Assembly (NCBI RefSeq): GCF_006345805.1 | Contig: NC_042997.1 | Location: forward strand, 44,330,001-44,394,000 | Direction of reading: 5' to 3' | Source: Octopus sinensis | Lineage: Eukaryota | DNA length: 64,000 bases | In this document: positions 11,653 to 24,301 of the stretch, piece after piece | How positions within the stretch are numbered: the first letter of the stretch is position 1 | Layout: every line of letters starts with the position of its first letter | Translations under genes and position numbers: made by a program | Notes under the pieces: model-generated | What the model saw: only the letters and a program-made list of their open reading frames with translations | Told to the model about the DNA's origin: nothing | Database searches by the model: none

Positions 11653-11698
11653 GACACCTGATGAAGGCTGGAGGGTATATCAGCCGAAATGTTGTGCT
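11653..11698 (+). ncRNA. Minimal type I hammerhead ribozyme motif (CG decayed to TG in the stem III palindrome)
   Basis: GACAC-CTGATGA-A-GGCTG(loop)CAGCC-GAAA-TG-TT-GTGCT. Confidence 0.68.
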
Positions 11699-12419
11699 AA
11701 CAACAAACAAGATGAGGACAAATATCTGTCGAATGTAAATAATGTAAATAATGTAAATAATATACATAATTCCTCATCTCTTAAATATAGAACTGTACTA
11801 TTTCTCAGCCTCATAGATGGCACCCCATTGGCTGATACAAATGAGTGTTTGGCTTTAGCGAGAAGCTTCATCTCCAAAAGCAATTAACCACTTCCTCCAA
11901 CTGAAGCCATGTTGTTTCTGCAATCCTGGGAAAAAATGTGATGTGTAGGAAAATAGTGATGTAATGGCTGTCTGTCTGTGCTAATCTTATTGCTCACTCT
12001 TCTCAAAACATACCAGGTTACTGACCCCTGAAGCTTTCTTTCAGAAGAACTATTATAAATGGAAGAAAACAAAAACGTAAAACATGAAAAACAAAACAAA
12101 CCAACAGAGAAGTTAACTTGTAATCCATTTGAACGAGGAATGGAAGATGATAATAGATATAAGAAGCTTATCTAACAGTAAGAAAAGAAATATTGGAATC
12201 TATTACAGAGAATAGAGAAACACAGGTTGTAGACATCACATGGTTTAATCAAACTGTTTACTAAATCATTCTCAAAGATTGTTTCAGGAAAATATGACAA
12301 ATCAACATTATGGAGTTTATAAATTGCACCGGAAGGCTGAAGTTGGGATCAGAGAGAATCCTTGAGAAGCTTATGTATCAAATATTTATGAGGTATTCTC
12401 AGAGGAAAACTTTATAATA

Positions 12420-12810
12420 TAATAATAATGAAATTATTGTATACAGTGCTCAGGTGCACCACAACTTGTCAAAAGTGCGTATAAAGCATATGCAGTGATG
12501 TACAAATGTCTTGAAAGTGAACAGTGTATGAGTCAGATACATGCTTGTGTGTGTATGGAGGGGAGAAAATCAGGTGCAGTGTTGGCGAATCTCAGGAAGC
12601 ATGGAAGTTTTGAAGGATGCAGTGCTCCGACAACTAACAACTGATGCCGGCAGTTTGTTCCATGCTTCAGCAACTCTTAACATGAAAAAATGTTTCTGAA
12701 AATCATGGGAGCTGTGCTGTTTTCTGACTTTGTAAACATGTCCACGACTGTTAGACAGGTGGAGTTTGAAAAGGTGCTCAGAGTTATTGTTTGTAAGATG
12801 GTTAATAATT
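12420..12810 (-). mobile_element. CR1/L2-group LINE 3' end
   Basis: Homologous to the 3' end of 23486-24250; tail motif GTGCACCTGAGCACTGTATACAAT-(ATT). Confidence 0.85.
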
Positions 12811-12826
12811 TTATATTATATATATA

Positions 12827-13160
12827 GGCACAGGTGTAATAAGAAGCATGGCACCTTGGGTAAATGTCTTCTACTATAACCTTGAGCCAACCAAAGACTT
12901 GTGAATGGACTTGGGAGACAGAAACTGAAAGAAGCCTGTCTAGTATATTTGTGTGTGTGTGTGTGTTGGTCCCTCACCATCACTTGACAACTGGAGTTGG
13001 TGTGTTTACGCCTCTGTAACCTAGCAGTTTGGCAAAAGAGATCGATAGAATAAGTGCCCGGCTTAAAAAATAAGTACTGGGATTAATTCATTTGACTAGA
13101 AATTTTTGAACATGGTGCCCCAGCATGGCCGCAGTCTAATGACTGAAACAAGTAAACGAT
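12827..13160 (+). mobile_element. SINE family B, diverged
   Basis: Similarity to intact copies. Confidence 0.8.
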
Positions 13161-13549
13161 AACAAAGATATAAAAATAGGTAAAAATAAATTGGAGAAAT
13201 AATAAGACATAAATGAGGATAACAGATAAAAAAATTAGAGTAACAGACCTTTGGTCCAAGAACATTCCAACTATGACAAAGCCATTTTTATTTTTTTGTA
13301 AATCTGGACTATATTATCCAGTGTGTTCAATCATATTTCAGATAATAGGGTATGATTTGAGAGAGATTTGATTGTTATTTCTAGCAATCAGAATGAGCAT
13401 GTAATGGTTCTCTCATGCACATGAAGACATAACAGTCTTCTTGTCATCAAAAAATACAAATGTGATTTAGGCTCAAAGTTCTCAGCACAACAAATGTTTA
13501 ACCCATCCTCCCAATATTGTCACATCTTTGTCCCTCTCACACTTAATTA

Positions 13550-13750
13550 GTTTCAAATTTTGGCACAAGGCCAGCAATTTGGGGAAGTGGGTATTGACCT
13601 CGGTGTGTGACGAGTACTTATTTTATTGACCCTAAAAGGGATGAAAGGCAAAGTTGACCTCGGTGGAATTTGAACCCAGAACATAAAGACAAACAAAATG
13701 CCACTAAGCATTTTGTCCGGTGTGCTAACGATTCTGCCAACTCATCACCT
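13550..13750 (-). mobile_element. SINE family A (CCAAAATTTGAAAC tail variant)
   Basis: Reverse complement of the family A head and core. Confidence 0.85.
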
Positions 13751-14082
13751 GCCTTTCTCCCGCTCTTTACTAACGAGAAGATAAAATAAAGTTTTCATCT
13801 ACATAAACTGTTTTTCCTCACCATGATACTGAACAAGTTTCAAAAGTGTGAAACCATTTTAATTTTTGCCAGCATAGCAATTTATCTGCCCTCTTTCAAC
13901 CCTTAGGGCCTCTATCCCATTATGAGAAATGCAGAGTTCTATATCTGTACAGTTGTAATGCAGTTGTAGTGCAGTCATTTGGGGACTTAGAGCTTGTGAG
14001 ATTTTTGTAATGCAGAGAGACATACCCAGGTGGTAAAAGTCATCTAAGGAACACATTAAAGGTGCAGTACCCTTTCTGAAGG

Positions 14083-14410
14083 TGCATGCCTCAGTGTTTA
14101 GGACATTGAGTCCACAATCATCAGGTAATGAGTTTGACTGCTGGACTGGGCTGTGTGCTGTGTTCATGTTGCTCCAGTTCACTCAGGTGTAGAAATTAGC
14201 TGCGATGTCACTGATGTCAAGCTGTATTGGCCCCTTTGCCTTTCCCTTGGATAACATTGGTGGCATGGAGAGTCGAGGCTGATATGCATGGATGACTGCT
14301 AGTCTTCTATAAGCAACTTTGCCCAGGCTTGTGCTTTGGAGGGGAACTTTCTAGGTGCAATCCCATGGTCACTCATGACCAAAGGGAGTTTTTACCTTTC
14401 ACCCTTCTTA
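14083..14410 (+). mobile_element. SINE family D (decayed tRNA-like head, CCAGTTCACTCAG domain, ACCCTT-type tail)
   Basis: Degenerate A/B boxes; middle shared with the element at 62545-63160. Confidence 0.55.
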
Positions 14411-14509
14411 CACTTGTTGACAAGAGCAGCCTGTAGAGAAATGGCAAAGCCAACCAACTAACAGATTTAAAATACAGGTCGGACTGCTTAAATCCAGCAC
14501 TCCATGGTC

Positions 14510-14860
14510 CAGTACCATCATCATCATCATCATCATCATTTAGTGTCTGTATTCCATGCTGGTATGGGTTTGAGAATTTGACTGGAACTGGTAAGCCAGA
14601 GGGTTGCACCAAGTTCCTGTCTGTTTTAGCTTGGTTTTACAGCTGGATGCCGTTTCTAGCACCAACCACTCTACAGAATGTACTGGGTGTCTTTTACATG
14701 TCACTGACATGGGTACCTTTTATGTATCACCAACACAGATTCCTTTCATGCGTTACCTGCATGGGTGCCTTTTGTGTGTCACTGGCACAGGTGACCCATA
14801 TATGTCACTGGCATGTGTGCCTTTCATATGTCACCAGCACTGGTCAGTATGTTTTAAATT
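14510..14860 (-). mobile_element. RTE 3' UTR fragment, diverged, with multiple short repeat units
   Basis: (CAT)n tail and GTGCTTTTTATGTGCCAC-like units. Confidence 0.8.
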
Positions 14861-15278
14861 TGGGGTTTTAGACTTCATATTACACAAAACATTAAGAATC
14901 TTATTTGGAAGTATAGTTAATCATATTTCCCGTTTAAATATTTTTCTAACTTTCAAAAAACATTAATATATAAATAAGTGGAATGAGAAAGCAAGAATAT
15001 GTTTATATAGGAGCATGCATTAGGCACAATTTCTCTTTTCTGACACTTTTTCATAGTCTTGTAAAGGGAACTGGTTGCTTCTTTACACTTTTGGGGTGCA
15101 ACTTGGGTGCAACACAATTTCCTTTCTTTTTGTTTCTAGAAACTACCAGTCAGGAACGAAACGCAAGTTTAGAAGTATATACAATTCTTTATTCTCTTAT
15201 TCAACAATGAAACACGATGGTAAACTAGTATCCATTCTTACAACAATTCAGCATTAATAGAACAGGTTAAATCCTAAG

Positions 15279-15548
15279 TGTCTGGGACAGGAGAATAGGC
15301 TGAACACACGTATGAAAATATGTCCTTTCTCTTCTATCGCCGTGTCTCAAGTCTCCAACGCTATTAAGGAACGCTATAGAATTTATTCTTCAGTCTCTAG
15401 CGCATGTGCATGAGGGAACTTCCTTATGCCTTTCCAGAAGGTTCCAGAAGGTTCCAACCCCGCACACACACACTGAAGAAGGACGTCTGCACACGCACAC
15501 TGAAGAATGACGTTGCGTGTGCGCACACTGGAATATAACGTCACTACA
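15279..15548 (-). mobile_element. LTR-like element (possible solo LTR)
   Basis: Minus strand starts TGTAGTGACG and can end ..AGACA; three internal CACACTG(A/G)A repeats; AATAAA present; no TSD found. Confidence 0.4.
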
Positions 15549-16039
15549 GTCTGATAATAGCCAGGTCCCAAGGTTGCCAGATTTAAGAAGTCTGGTCAAT
15601 ACAAGGAAGTTGAGGTGAATGAGGGAGTTGTACAATAGGATGATATTGCTTAATGGGTTGTCATGATTAAGCTGAGGTCACATGGCCCAACAGATGCAGT
15701 GATTGATCTGGTTGAATAAAGTTTATCTCTTTGTTCAAAGATGAGAAAGGGTTACAAGTGTCTGGGGGTATCTGAGAGAATTAAATGGTGCAGATAATTC
15801 AGAATGGTAAATGATTAGGTCACTGCACCAGCAATCTACGTGGAAGAAATACAAGAGCCAGGAAGAAGTACGTATATTAATAATGTTCAGAACATGAGGC
15901 TTGAGAGACGTGCGAATTGAGATTAGATACCCTTAATGCAGGAGAATAAGAAATAGTTAAATAACTGTAGGTAGTGAATGGAAGAAACAGCAGACGAACT
16001 TACAGGAATAGACTTTCAACCAGACTACCTGGAAATATT

Positions 16040-16720
16040 TGTTGCTGATGTAAGCAATAGGATCACATGTGGTCGCATTGTGTAGGGAATACGATCGCAC
16101 GTGGTCATATTCTTAACAAATTATTACAAGCCATAAATACATGCAGTAACAATAGAACATAAGTGAATTGACGACAAGTCTTGCTGTTGAGATATAAATA
16201 TTATTTATTTTACAATCGTGTCAACGTTAGGAGTTTGTAAGCATTCGCATGTCTTGTGTCTGTGTGTTTGTGTGTGTGGCAGGACAATCAGGGTGAATGC
16301 GGCTGGCATAGAAGGTACATGATGGTGGCGACGGCGAAGATAGTAGGCTTTCTATGATTGCGTACATTAGCGTAGCCGGTAGCAGCTGGAACAATCGTAT
16401 ATCGCCTGGTTGAGTAACGCTGTGGCCTAAAGTTAGTTCTTAGAAGAACTGGAACTAAAAGACGAAAAGTGTCTGAAAACACTCCTTTATATACCGGTTG
16501 GTTGGCTCAAACGAGCCTAAAAAACAGCATCTTAACCAAAGGCTGTGATTGGTTATTTCGGGACAGTGGCGTGAAATAAGTAGAGACAAATCGCGTCACG
16601 TGTCAACCAATCAGGTTAGTGTTTACAACAGGAACTAGTTGGCCAAAGATGGCTGTAACCTCGAACGAGATCATTTCTTGCCTTGCCTTTCAACAGTGAC
16701 GATATTAGAAATCGCTATAG
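16040..16720 (-). mobile_element. LTR-like element, homologous to 61541-62508
   Basis: Inner TGTTGA..TCAACA (16185-16696); CCAAT, TATATAAA and AATAAA on the minus strand; both ends align with the 62-kb copy. Confidence 0.6.
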
Positions 16721-16779
16721 TCATATTTCAAAATGGCTGAAACTGTCATGCTACGCTGACATTCAGGGGAAGGGGGTGG

Positions 16780-16970
16780 AGTAGTAAAAGGACCATGCAA
16801 GTGTAGATATCATTTTTTGGAATGAAATCAGAATATAGGGAGTGGTGTGGAAGGGAGTAGGAGCTAGAGATAGAGGATGAGAAATTTGTGTTTTGCATAT
16901 GAATAAGATCTGCTTTACATGAGACGATGGTAAGATCAAGGTTGAACTGAAGGTCTCAGGTATTGGCACA
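16780..16970 (-). mobile_element. Old CR1/L2-like LINE fragment
   Basis: PIPETFSSTLILPSSHVKQIL..CKTQ resembles an EN-RT linker; weak. Confidence 0.35.
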
Positions 16971-17624
16971 GCAGAGAGAAAATTCTCCAGGTAATTGTTT
17001 CTTATTTCTTGAATATTTCATCAGAACTGTAGAGTAAAATGGATGATTAGTGAAGAAGAGGAAGAGGAAACAACCAAAGCTCATAGTATGTTGTTAAGCT
17101 CTGTATTTAAATCCATGCAAAGGACAGCTGATAGTGAATGACCTTCTTGGAATCCTGCACTTATTGAGAAGGGAAATTAATAATAAAATGGAGAAGAAAA
17201 TATACAAGACTATGTGTCAGGTGACAGGATTGTTGTAACTGTTTAAACCCAGGGAAACTTCACTGAGTAGACCTACAATCAAAGAATAGTTCAGATGTAT
17301 CCACCGCATCTTTTTATGATGGGTGGAGGTGATTTGAGGGAAATTTGGCTGTTATTTCTTGCAGATTGAATGATCATGTAGAGAATCCTTCATTGACTTG
17401 ATACAAGTTGATGAAGCACACAACCTTTTGAGATGTCGTCTACATTTAAGACTCCTGACTCTCAACAAGCAAAACTTCACTGGTAAATCTTTTCTGCTTT
17501 TAATTTTTGATGATTTGTGATACTATGAGGCGTCTCTAAAAAGGAATGACACAAAGATATTGTGCTATCTTCAAGTAAGAGTCAGGAGGTAGTGTTTAAC
17601 CAGATAGCATGTTAGTACTAATTT

Positions 17625-19190
17625 GTGGTATAAGTTATCATAACACCAGTTCCTATAATAATGAAATTGTTATATACAGGGCTCAGGCGCTCTACAAGAA
17701 TAAAAAACAAAGCATTAGGTATACTGTCAGCAAATTTCAGGAAGCACGAAAATTTTGTAAGGATGACTTCGAGTGTTTGGTATATGGAATTCAAAAAGGT
17801 GCCCAAAGTTGTGGTTGGAAAGATGGTGAATAATCTTGTGGGTGTCTACCAAGTCAGTTGCCAGACACCTGAGTTTCAATGTGTAAATACCCAGGGAAGC
17901 AAGACACTCAGAGTATGGTATGGTAAATGCTTGACGGTGGATATCCATTTGATTGAATCATTTCTCAACAGTTTTCAGGAGATTGATATGCTGAGCAAAA
18001 TAGGGGTTCCAGACTGGTGATGCAAACTCTAAGTGTGGACATGCCATAGTCATACACAGTTTTAAATAGATAGCTGGAGAGCAACTGGCAAAGATCTTAC
18101 TGAGTGATGCTAAGACACCTTCAGCCTTCTTGATAATCTTAGAGATGTGGTTTGTCCAACACAAATTGCTGTTGACAATAATACGCAGGTCATGTTCACA
18201 AACAGCTTTTTTAAGATTGGTGTTGCTGAGGGAGTATGTAAAAGCTGGGGGGTTTTCCTCCCAAAGAGCATGGTGACACACTTGTCCACAGCCAGCTTGA
18301 GTTGCCAGTCAGTAATCCATTGCTGCATTGTGTCCAAGTCTGATTGCAGGAAAGATCTATAGTGTTCAGGATCTGTCCTTTTTATCCCAAAGTACAACTT
18401 GATGTCATCTGCATATTTTAATACTGTAACATTCTTCAAGTTGGTATTTATGTCATTAATACATGCAACAAACAGTAGGAGTCCAAGAATGGATCCCTGT
18501 GGTACATCAGATGTTATCTCATAGAGTGAAGAATGATGTCCTGTAACTACCTCTTTTTGACCAAGAATGAAGGACTTCAGCCAGTTATAGAGATCATCTT
18601 TCATACCCATTGCAGAGAGTTTTGCTATGACTCGTTTGTGCAGTACAGAGTCCGAAGGCAAAGTCAAGATAAATAACATCTATTCATGAGCTGCCATCAG
18701 TAATTCGGGTGATATCCTCAAGAAATTTGATGAGTTGGCTACAGCAACTGGAGTTAGGGATAAATCCAAATTGTGAGGGTCGAACAAGGCTGTGAGAGCT
18801 CCAAAAGTTCCAGAGTGTCTCTCTGACAGAACTCCATCAGTTTGGCAATGCAGCTAGTAAGGCTGACTGGATGGTAGTCGACAGGTGATGTGCGATCACC
18901 TTTTTTGAACAGGGGAAACAACACTGGCAATTTTCCATGGCTCTGGAGTGACACGGTTACTAAGGCAGAATTGAAAGAAGAATGAAAGCTGGTACAGAAG
19001 AAAGAACCTGGCATGTTTGAGAAGCAGGTAAATAATATCGTCAAGACCAGGAGAGGCACAGGTGTGCTTATTCTTGAGGTGGCATCACAGCATTGCGGGT
19101 GTGAATTTCACAGGTGTTATAGAATTTGATGTCAGAGTTGAAGAAGGTACATTTAAATCTTCAACAATGAAAATTCCAGAATAGCATTCA
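17625..19190 (-). mobile_element. CR1/L2-group LINE, RT domain to 3' end, degraded
   Basis: PLFKKGDRTSPVDYHPVSLTSCIAKLME; VPQGSILGLLLF; KYADDIKLY; WQLKLAVDKC; PHLEFASPVWNPY. Confidence 0.93.
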
Positions 19191-19544
19191 GTGGTTTTTG
19201 TTTATTTGTTTTTTTTAAATTTATTTATTTGTTTATTTATTTATTTATTTATTTATTTATTGCTCAAGGCTGGTTCTTTTCATTCCAGAATGATCTATCT
19301 GTTGGATAGGCTGGCCCTTCATTGCAGCTGTTGAAATCACATTTCTTTTAATGTGGTTCTCTGAGTAAGAGCAAATTATAGGTTTGCAAATCTATGAGTA
19401 TGATAAGTACCAAAAAGAAATGGATAAATAAATAACAAGAAAAGAAACAAAGTAAAAAGAAAAAAACCCTGAGAGAGTGAGACAGGAAAATGAAACAATC
19501 ATGATAAATAAATTCAGAAAAGAAAAATGTATCGGGTAGACAAA

Positions 19545-19625
19545 GAAGGATCCTTTATATGCAGATGGCTTGGTTCTCATTGTATACTCTGTTGAAGAAT
19601 TACTGCAAAACTTCCAAGCATGGAA
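19545..19625 (+). mobile_element. RTE RT core micro-fragment
   Basis: LYADGLVLIVYSVEELLQNFQAW, a decayed YADD motif. Confidence 0.6.
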
Positions 19626-19898
19626 TAACTATTCTTTGCTTGAAAGTTTTGCTGCAGTTTACACATCCCTGCCATAGACAATAGTCTACAGCAGGGATAT
19701 GTAAATATGGTCCATGGGCCAATCATCTTTCACAGCTTCATTTTATTCAGTCCACCGATTTTATTGAATTTCTAAAGTTACATGCAAAACTTTTTTGTTA
19801 TTCTTTTGTTGTTGTTGTTTTTTTTTTCAGTTATTGGTTTGTGACTAATAAGATTTATTACTAAAAGTTAAGGTAGCAGTCTCATTTGTTCTTACTCA

Positions 19899-20611
19899 GA
19901 GTGTCCACAAATGATTCAAAGTTTGATATTAATGCAAAACAGTGAGATCCCTTCATTGAATGAAAGTGTTCAGGTAGGATATTTTAAGCAGTAAATATTT
20001 TTATCTTCTTAAATTAACAAAGCAGCAAAGACTGACTGAGGTTCATACTTTGTAACAATACAGTTTAAAGGAATAATCATTTCTAAGAAAAGCAAGAGTG
20101 AAAAAGAAATGTTTATTTGTCCTTTAAAGAAAACATGGAAATTGATTGGTGCTACATTAACCCTTAAACTACAAGACCTCCCATGGTTGGTACCACTTTT
20201 ACTTTGAAACAAGTCTCCCTCATGGCTGGTACCATTTTTGCTCCAACATCATAATTTTCTCTCATTCAGCCTGACTCAGAAGAACTCCATCAGTTTGGCA
20301 TGCAGCTAGTAAGGCTGACTGGATGGTAGTTGACAGGTGATGTACGATCACCTTTTTTGAACAGGGGAAACAACACTGGCAATTTTCCATGGCTCTGGAG
20401 TGACACGGTTACTAAGGCAGAATTGAAAGAAAAATGAAAGCTGGTACAGAAGAAAGAGCCTGGCATGTTTGAGAAGCATGTTTGCTGCTTTGTTAATTTA
20501 AGAAGATAGAAATATTTACTGCTTAAAATATCCTACCTGAAGACTTTCATTCAATAAAGGAATCTCACTGTTTTGCATTAATATAAAACTTTGCATCATT
20601 TGTGGACCCTC
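19899..20611. repeat. Inverted repeat (about 131-bp arms) enclosing a copy of the neighbouring LINE segment
   Basis: 19899-20029 vs 20481-20611 are inverted; 20281-20478 duplicates 18828-19026. Confidence 0.9.
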
Positions 20612-20984
20612 CAAAGTATTTTTAACACATCACAGCATACCATTGCACATATATTACATACCATTTTTTTTTTACATCATTAACTCTTTCAATACAATAT
20701 TTCTGTAGAACTTCACTGCTTTGGTTACAATTAATTTTGAAAATAATGAAGAAATTAATAAAATAATTCTGTTATTATTAAGTTGGTGTTTGAAACAAAA
20801 ATTAAAATGGAATTTTGAAGAAAGGTTTTAATAGTTGAATACTATCCATATTTTTGCATGGGAATCCAGCCAGGAAGTTTAGAATGGTTGATTTTGTTAG
20901 AAGTCTACGAAGGAACCCCTACAAACCTCCCAGGAATAGTAGATGATCAAAATGGATGGATGGTTTTAATTTAGAGCATTGGTG

Positions 20985-21200
20985 TGGGTGCTAATGCCAC
21001 ATAAAAAGCACTGGTGCTGGTACCATGTAAAAAGTACCTGTGATGGTGCCACATAAAAAGCACTCGGTATGCACTCTATAGAGTAGTTGGTTTTAAGAAA
21101 GGCATCCAGCCACAGAAACCAAGCCAAAACAGACTATGGGGCCTGGTGTGGCCCCTGACCTTGCCAGTTCCTGTGAAGCCGTCCAACCCATACCAGCACA
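20985..21200 (+). mobile_element. RTE 3' UTR-like fragment, diverged
   Basis: GTGCCACATAAAAAGCAC units followed by GGCATCCAGC..GTCCAACCCAT. Confidence 0.7.
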
Positions 21201-21215
21201 GAAAACAAACATTAA

Positions 21216-21587
21216 CCCTTTCTTTACTGTATTTATTTTGAGATGCTCTGTGTTTCTTTCAATTACTTTAAATATAATGGTATGGCACCTGTGTCGGTGG
21301 CACATAAAAAACACCATCCGAGCATGACCGTCTGCCAGCCTCGTCTGGCACCTGTGTCGGTGACACATAAAAAACACCATCCGAGCGTGGCCGTTCGCCA
21401 GCCTCGTCTGGCACCTGTGTCGGTGGCACATAAAATCACCCACTACACTCTCGGAGTGGTTGGCGTTAGGAAGGGCATCCAGCTGTAGAAACACTGCCAG
21501 ATCTGACTGGCCTGGTGCAGCCTTCGGGCTCCCCAGACCCCAGTTGAACCGTCCAACCCATGCTAGCATGGAACGCGGACGTTAAAC

Positions 21588-21620
<33 letters not shown>

Positions 21621-21780
21621 AACAAAATATTTAGTAAAATAACTTAGTTATCATTCAGCTAGTGTTAGGAACATAAATTGTGTCTAAGGTTTGGTGGAAG
21701 ATTTTAATTCAGAACTTATGAAAACAAGACATTTGTACTCAGAGCCAGAGCCGGTTTCAGCTGGGTTGGTAATGAAAGTG
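21216..21780. mobile_element. piggyBac-like MITE interrupted by an RTE 3' UTR insertion
   Basis: TTAA|CCCTTTC..GAAAGTG|TTAA; uninterrupted relative at 53425-53648. Confidence 0.75.
21280..21620 (+). mobile_element. RTE 3' UTR with two full 63-bp units and (GAT)n tail
   Basis: Unit starts at 21284, 21347 and 21410. Confidence 0.9.
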
Positions 21781-21971
21781 TTAAATGTTGATGATGATGA
21801 TGATGACTACTTTAATATAGAAACAGGGATAGTCTCAGGTGAATTGCAGACCAAAAGGGTTAAATGTACAGTGATTCCTTTATTTGCATCAGCTGACATT
21901 AAAAAAATGAAAACAAACTATTTTGGTAACCTTGTAATGCCATAGTCTCATTTTCTTTTATTCACTAAGGA

Positions 21972-22214
21972 TAGTGGTTCTCAATCATTGTTTCCTGTGG
22001 ACCCTTTGATTCCTATTTTACTCTACTTTAAGATGAAGCTTTAAAAAGATCCCATTATATTTTTATAATTAAATATTATTAAGAATTGTATAAAAAAATT
22101 GTTAAAATATCTTTTGTATTGTAGAAGTATAACTGATTTATTATGCATAAATTTTAACAGCAAAATCTTACATGGACCCCCAAGGGCCATGTGAACCCCA
22201 GTTGAGAACCACTG
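21972..22214. mobile_element. hAT-like MITE
   Basis: TIRs (T/C)AGTGGTTCTCAA and TTGAGAACCACTG; flanks ACTAAGGA and ACTCAGGT match 6/8 as a decayed 8-bp TSD. Confidence 0.75.
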
Positions 22215-22689
22215 ACTCAGGTCTACAAGATATGAAAATATTTCTGTCATGTCTCACCTGCTCAAAATAGTCATCGGTTCCTGGTTTAAATTCCAAAGGC
22301 CTATAATTCAACGTGGTAAGTACCAAAATACTAATTAGTCACAGATAAGAAAAAAAACCCAGAATACAGGTATACAGTAAACGAAATCTATTGACAACTG
22401 AGATGCCTCATTAGATGTAATAGAGAGCTTCTGTACCCAGGTGACCTAATTAGTACCAGAAGCAATGAAATAAATAATGGAGAAAGTAAGAAAGACATCA
22501 AATAATTACTACACCACGGTAGGCAAGAAACCATGTTTTTCTGTGTTACCAATTTCTTTATTGGTAATTTCCAATTTTACCGAGGCAGAATCTTTGAAAC
22601 TTGTGTTAAAAGTAGTAAGACACAGGTATTAACCCTTGTGTTACCTTATTTCTGTTGAAACACATTACTTTTGTTTTTCTTTTACCATC

Positions 22690-22848
22690 TCCATCTTTTA
22701 CTTGTTTCAGTCATTACCTGTGACCATGCTGGGGCACCGCCATGAAGTATTTAGGAGAACAAATCAATCTCAATACTTATTTTTAAAGTCTGGTACTTTT
22801 TTTATCCGTCCCTTTTGCTGAACCACTAAGTTATGGAGACTTAAACAA
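22690..22848 (-). mobile_element. SINE family B 3' fragment, diverged
   Basis: CTTTTACTTGTTTCAGTCA..CATGCTGGGGCACC. Confidence 0.75.
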
Positions 22849-22859
22849 TGAAAAACACA

Positions 22860-23104
22860 AACACAAATACACACACATATACATACATATACATACATAC
22901 ATACATACAATCATACATACATACATACATACATAAATACATACATACAATCATACATACATACATACATACATACGTACATACATACATACATACATAC
23001 ACACACATACATACATACATACATACAATCATACATACATACATACATACATACATAAATACATACATACAATCATACATACATACATACATACATACAT
23101 ACAT

Positions 23105-23137
<33 letters not shown>

Positions 23138-23210
23138 TACATACATACATACATACATACATACATACATACGTACATACATACATACATACATACATAC
23201 ATACATACAT
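22860..23210. repeat. (TACA)n microsatellite
   Basis: Direct. Confidence 0.96.
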
Positions 23211-23485
23211 AACTCTTGGAAACATTTTTTCATACTCAGTGTAGCTGAGACTTGGAACAAACTGCTTGCATCATTTGTTAGATGCCAAGACATTGCATCC
23301 TTTAAAACCTCCATGCTTCCTGAAATTTGCCAACACTACACCTGATATCCCCCACCTTCCATACGCATGCATACATATATATCATGACTCACACACTGTT
23401 CACTTTCCTGACTTTTGTACATAATTCTATGTAATGTGATGCACTTTTGATAAATTGTAGTGCACCTGAGCACTATACACAATAA
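23211..23485 (+). mobile_element. CR1/L2-group LINE 3' end (long 3' UTR subfamily)
   Basis: KHFFILSVAETWNKL; ends with the shared GTGCACCTGAGCAC motif. Confidence 0.85.
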
Positions 23486-24250
23486 TTCATTATTACAAGT
23501 GTACCACCATGTATTTTGGGAGAAAAAACCCTGCGTCCACATACTCCCTCCACAACACTGATATCAAGAAATCCTCTTGCGAGCGTGACCTAGGCATCAC
23601 TGTCAGCAGTGATTTGCGTTGGACAAAGCATATCTCTAAAATTGTCAAGAAGGCCGAGGGTGTCTTGGCATCACTCAGCAAGTCTTTTGTTAGCCGCTCT
23701 CCAGCCATCTATTTAAAACTGTATACAGCTATGGTACGACCACACTTGGAATTCGCATCATCAGTTTGGAACCCCTATCTTGCACAGAACATTGACCTCC
23801 TGGAATCTGTCCAGAGACGTGCAACCAAACGCATACCCTCCATCAGACACCTACCATATTCTGAGCGCCTTGTTTCCCTGGGCATGGATTCACTGAAGCT
23901 CCGGCGTCTGGCGACGGACTTGGTAAACACCCACAAAGTTATCAACCACCTCACCAACAACAACACTGAACACCTTTTTGATCTCCATGTGTCTAACACA
24001 CGTGGACATGCCTACAAAGTCAGAAAACAACACAGCTCCCATGACTTTCGGAAACATTTTTTCACGCTCAGAGTTGCTGAAGCATGGAATAAACTGCCTG
24101 CATCAGTTGTTGACTGCCATGACACTGCATCCTTTAAGGCCCTCATGCTTTCCGAAATCCGCCGAAACTACACCTGATTATATCTACACTTTAGATGAGT
24201 TGTAGTGCACCTGAGCACTGTACACAATTATTATTATTATTATTATTATT
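23486..24250 (+). mobile_element. CR1/L2-group LINE 3' portion with uninterrupted 222-aa C-terminal ORF (23509-24177)
   Basis: RDLGITVSSDLRW..HI; RPHLEFASSVWNP; LESVQRRATK; YSERL; RGHAYK; FFTLRV..WNKLP; (ATT)n tail. Confidence 0.95.
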
Positions 24251-24301
24251 ATTTACTTTAATTAAAATTTTGTTAGAAAGTTTTAACTTAGATCACTTTA
24301 A

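Larger units (their letters stand above)
11438..11761. repeat. Inverted repeat, about 119-bp arms, spacer containing (ATT)n; Penelope-like terminus candidate
   Basis: 11438-11556 is the reverse complement of 11643-11761 with about 7 mismatches; both arms end in (AATGTAAAT)3. Confidence 0.92.

Noticed and set aside
15465-15530. Repeated CTGAAGA (hammerhead-core-like) in the LTR-like element
   Set aside because: No stem II followed by GAAA and no stem I/III closure.
17024-17145. Possible terminal exon NCRVKWMISEEEEEETTKAHSMLLSSVFKSMQRTADSE*
   Set aside because: The nearest upstream donor would give a 34-nt intron and no supporting exons or homology were found.
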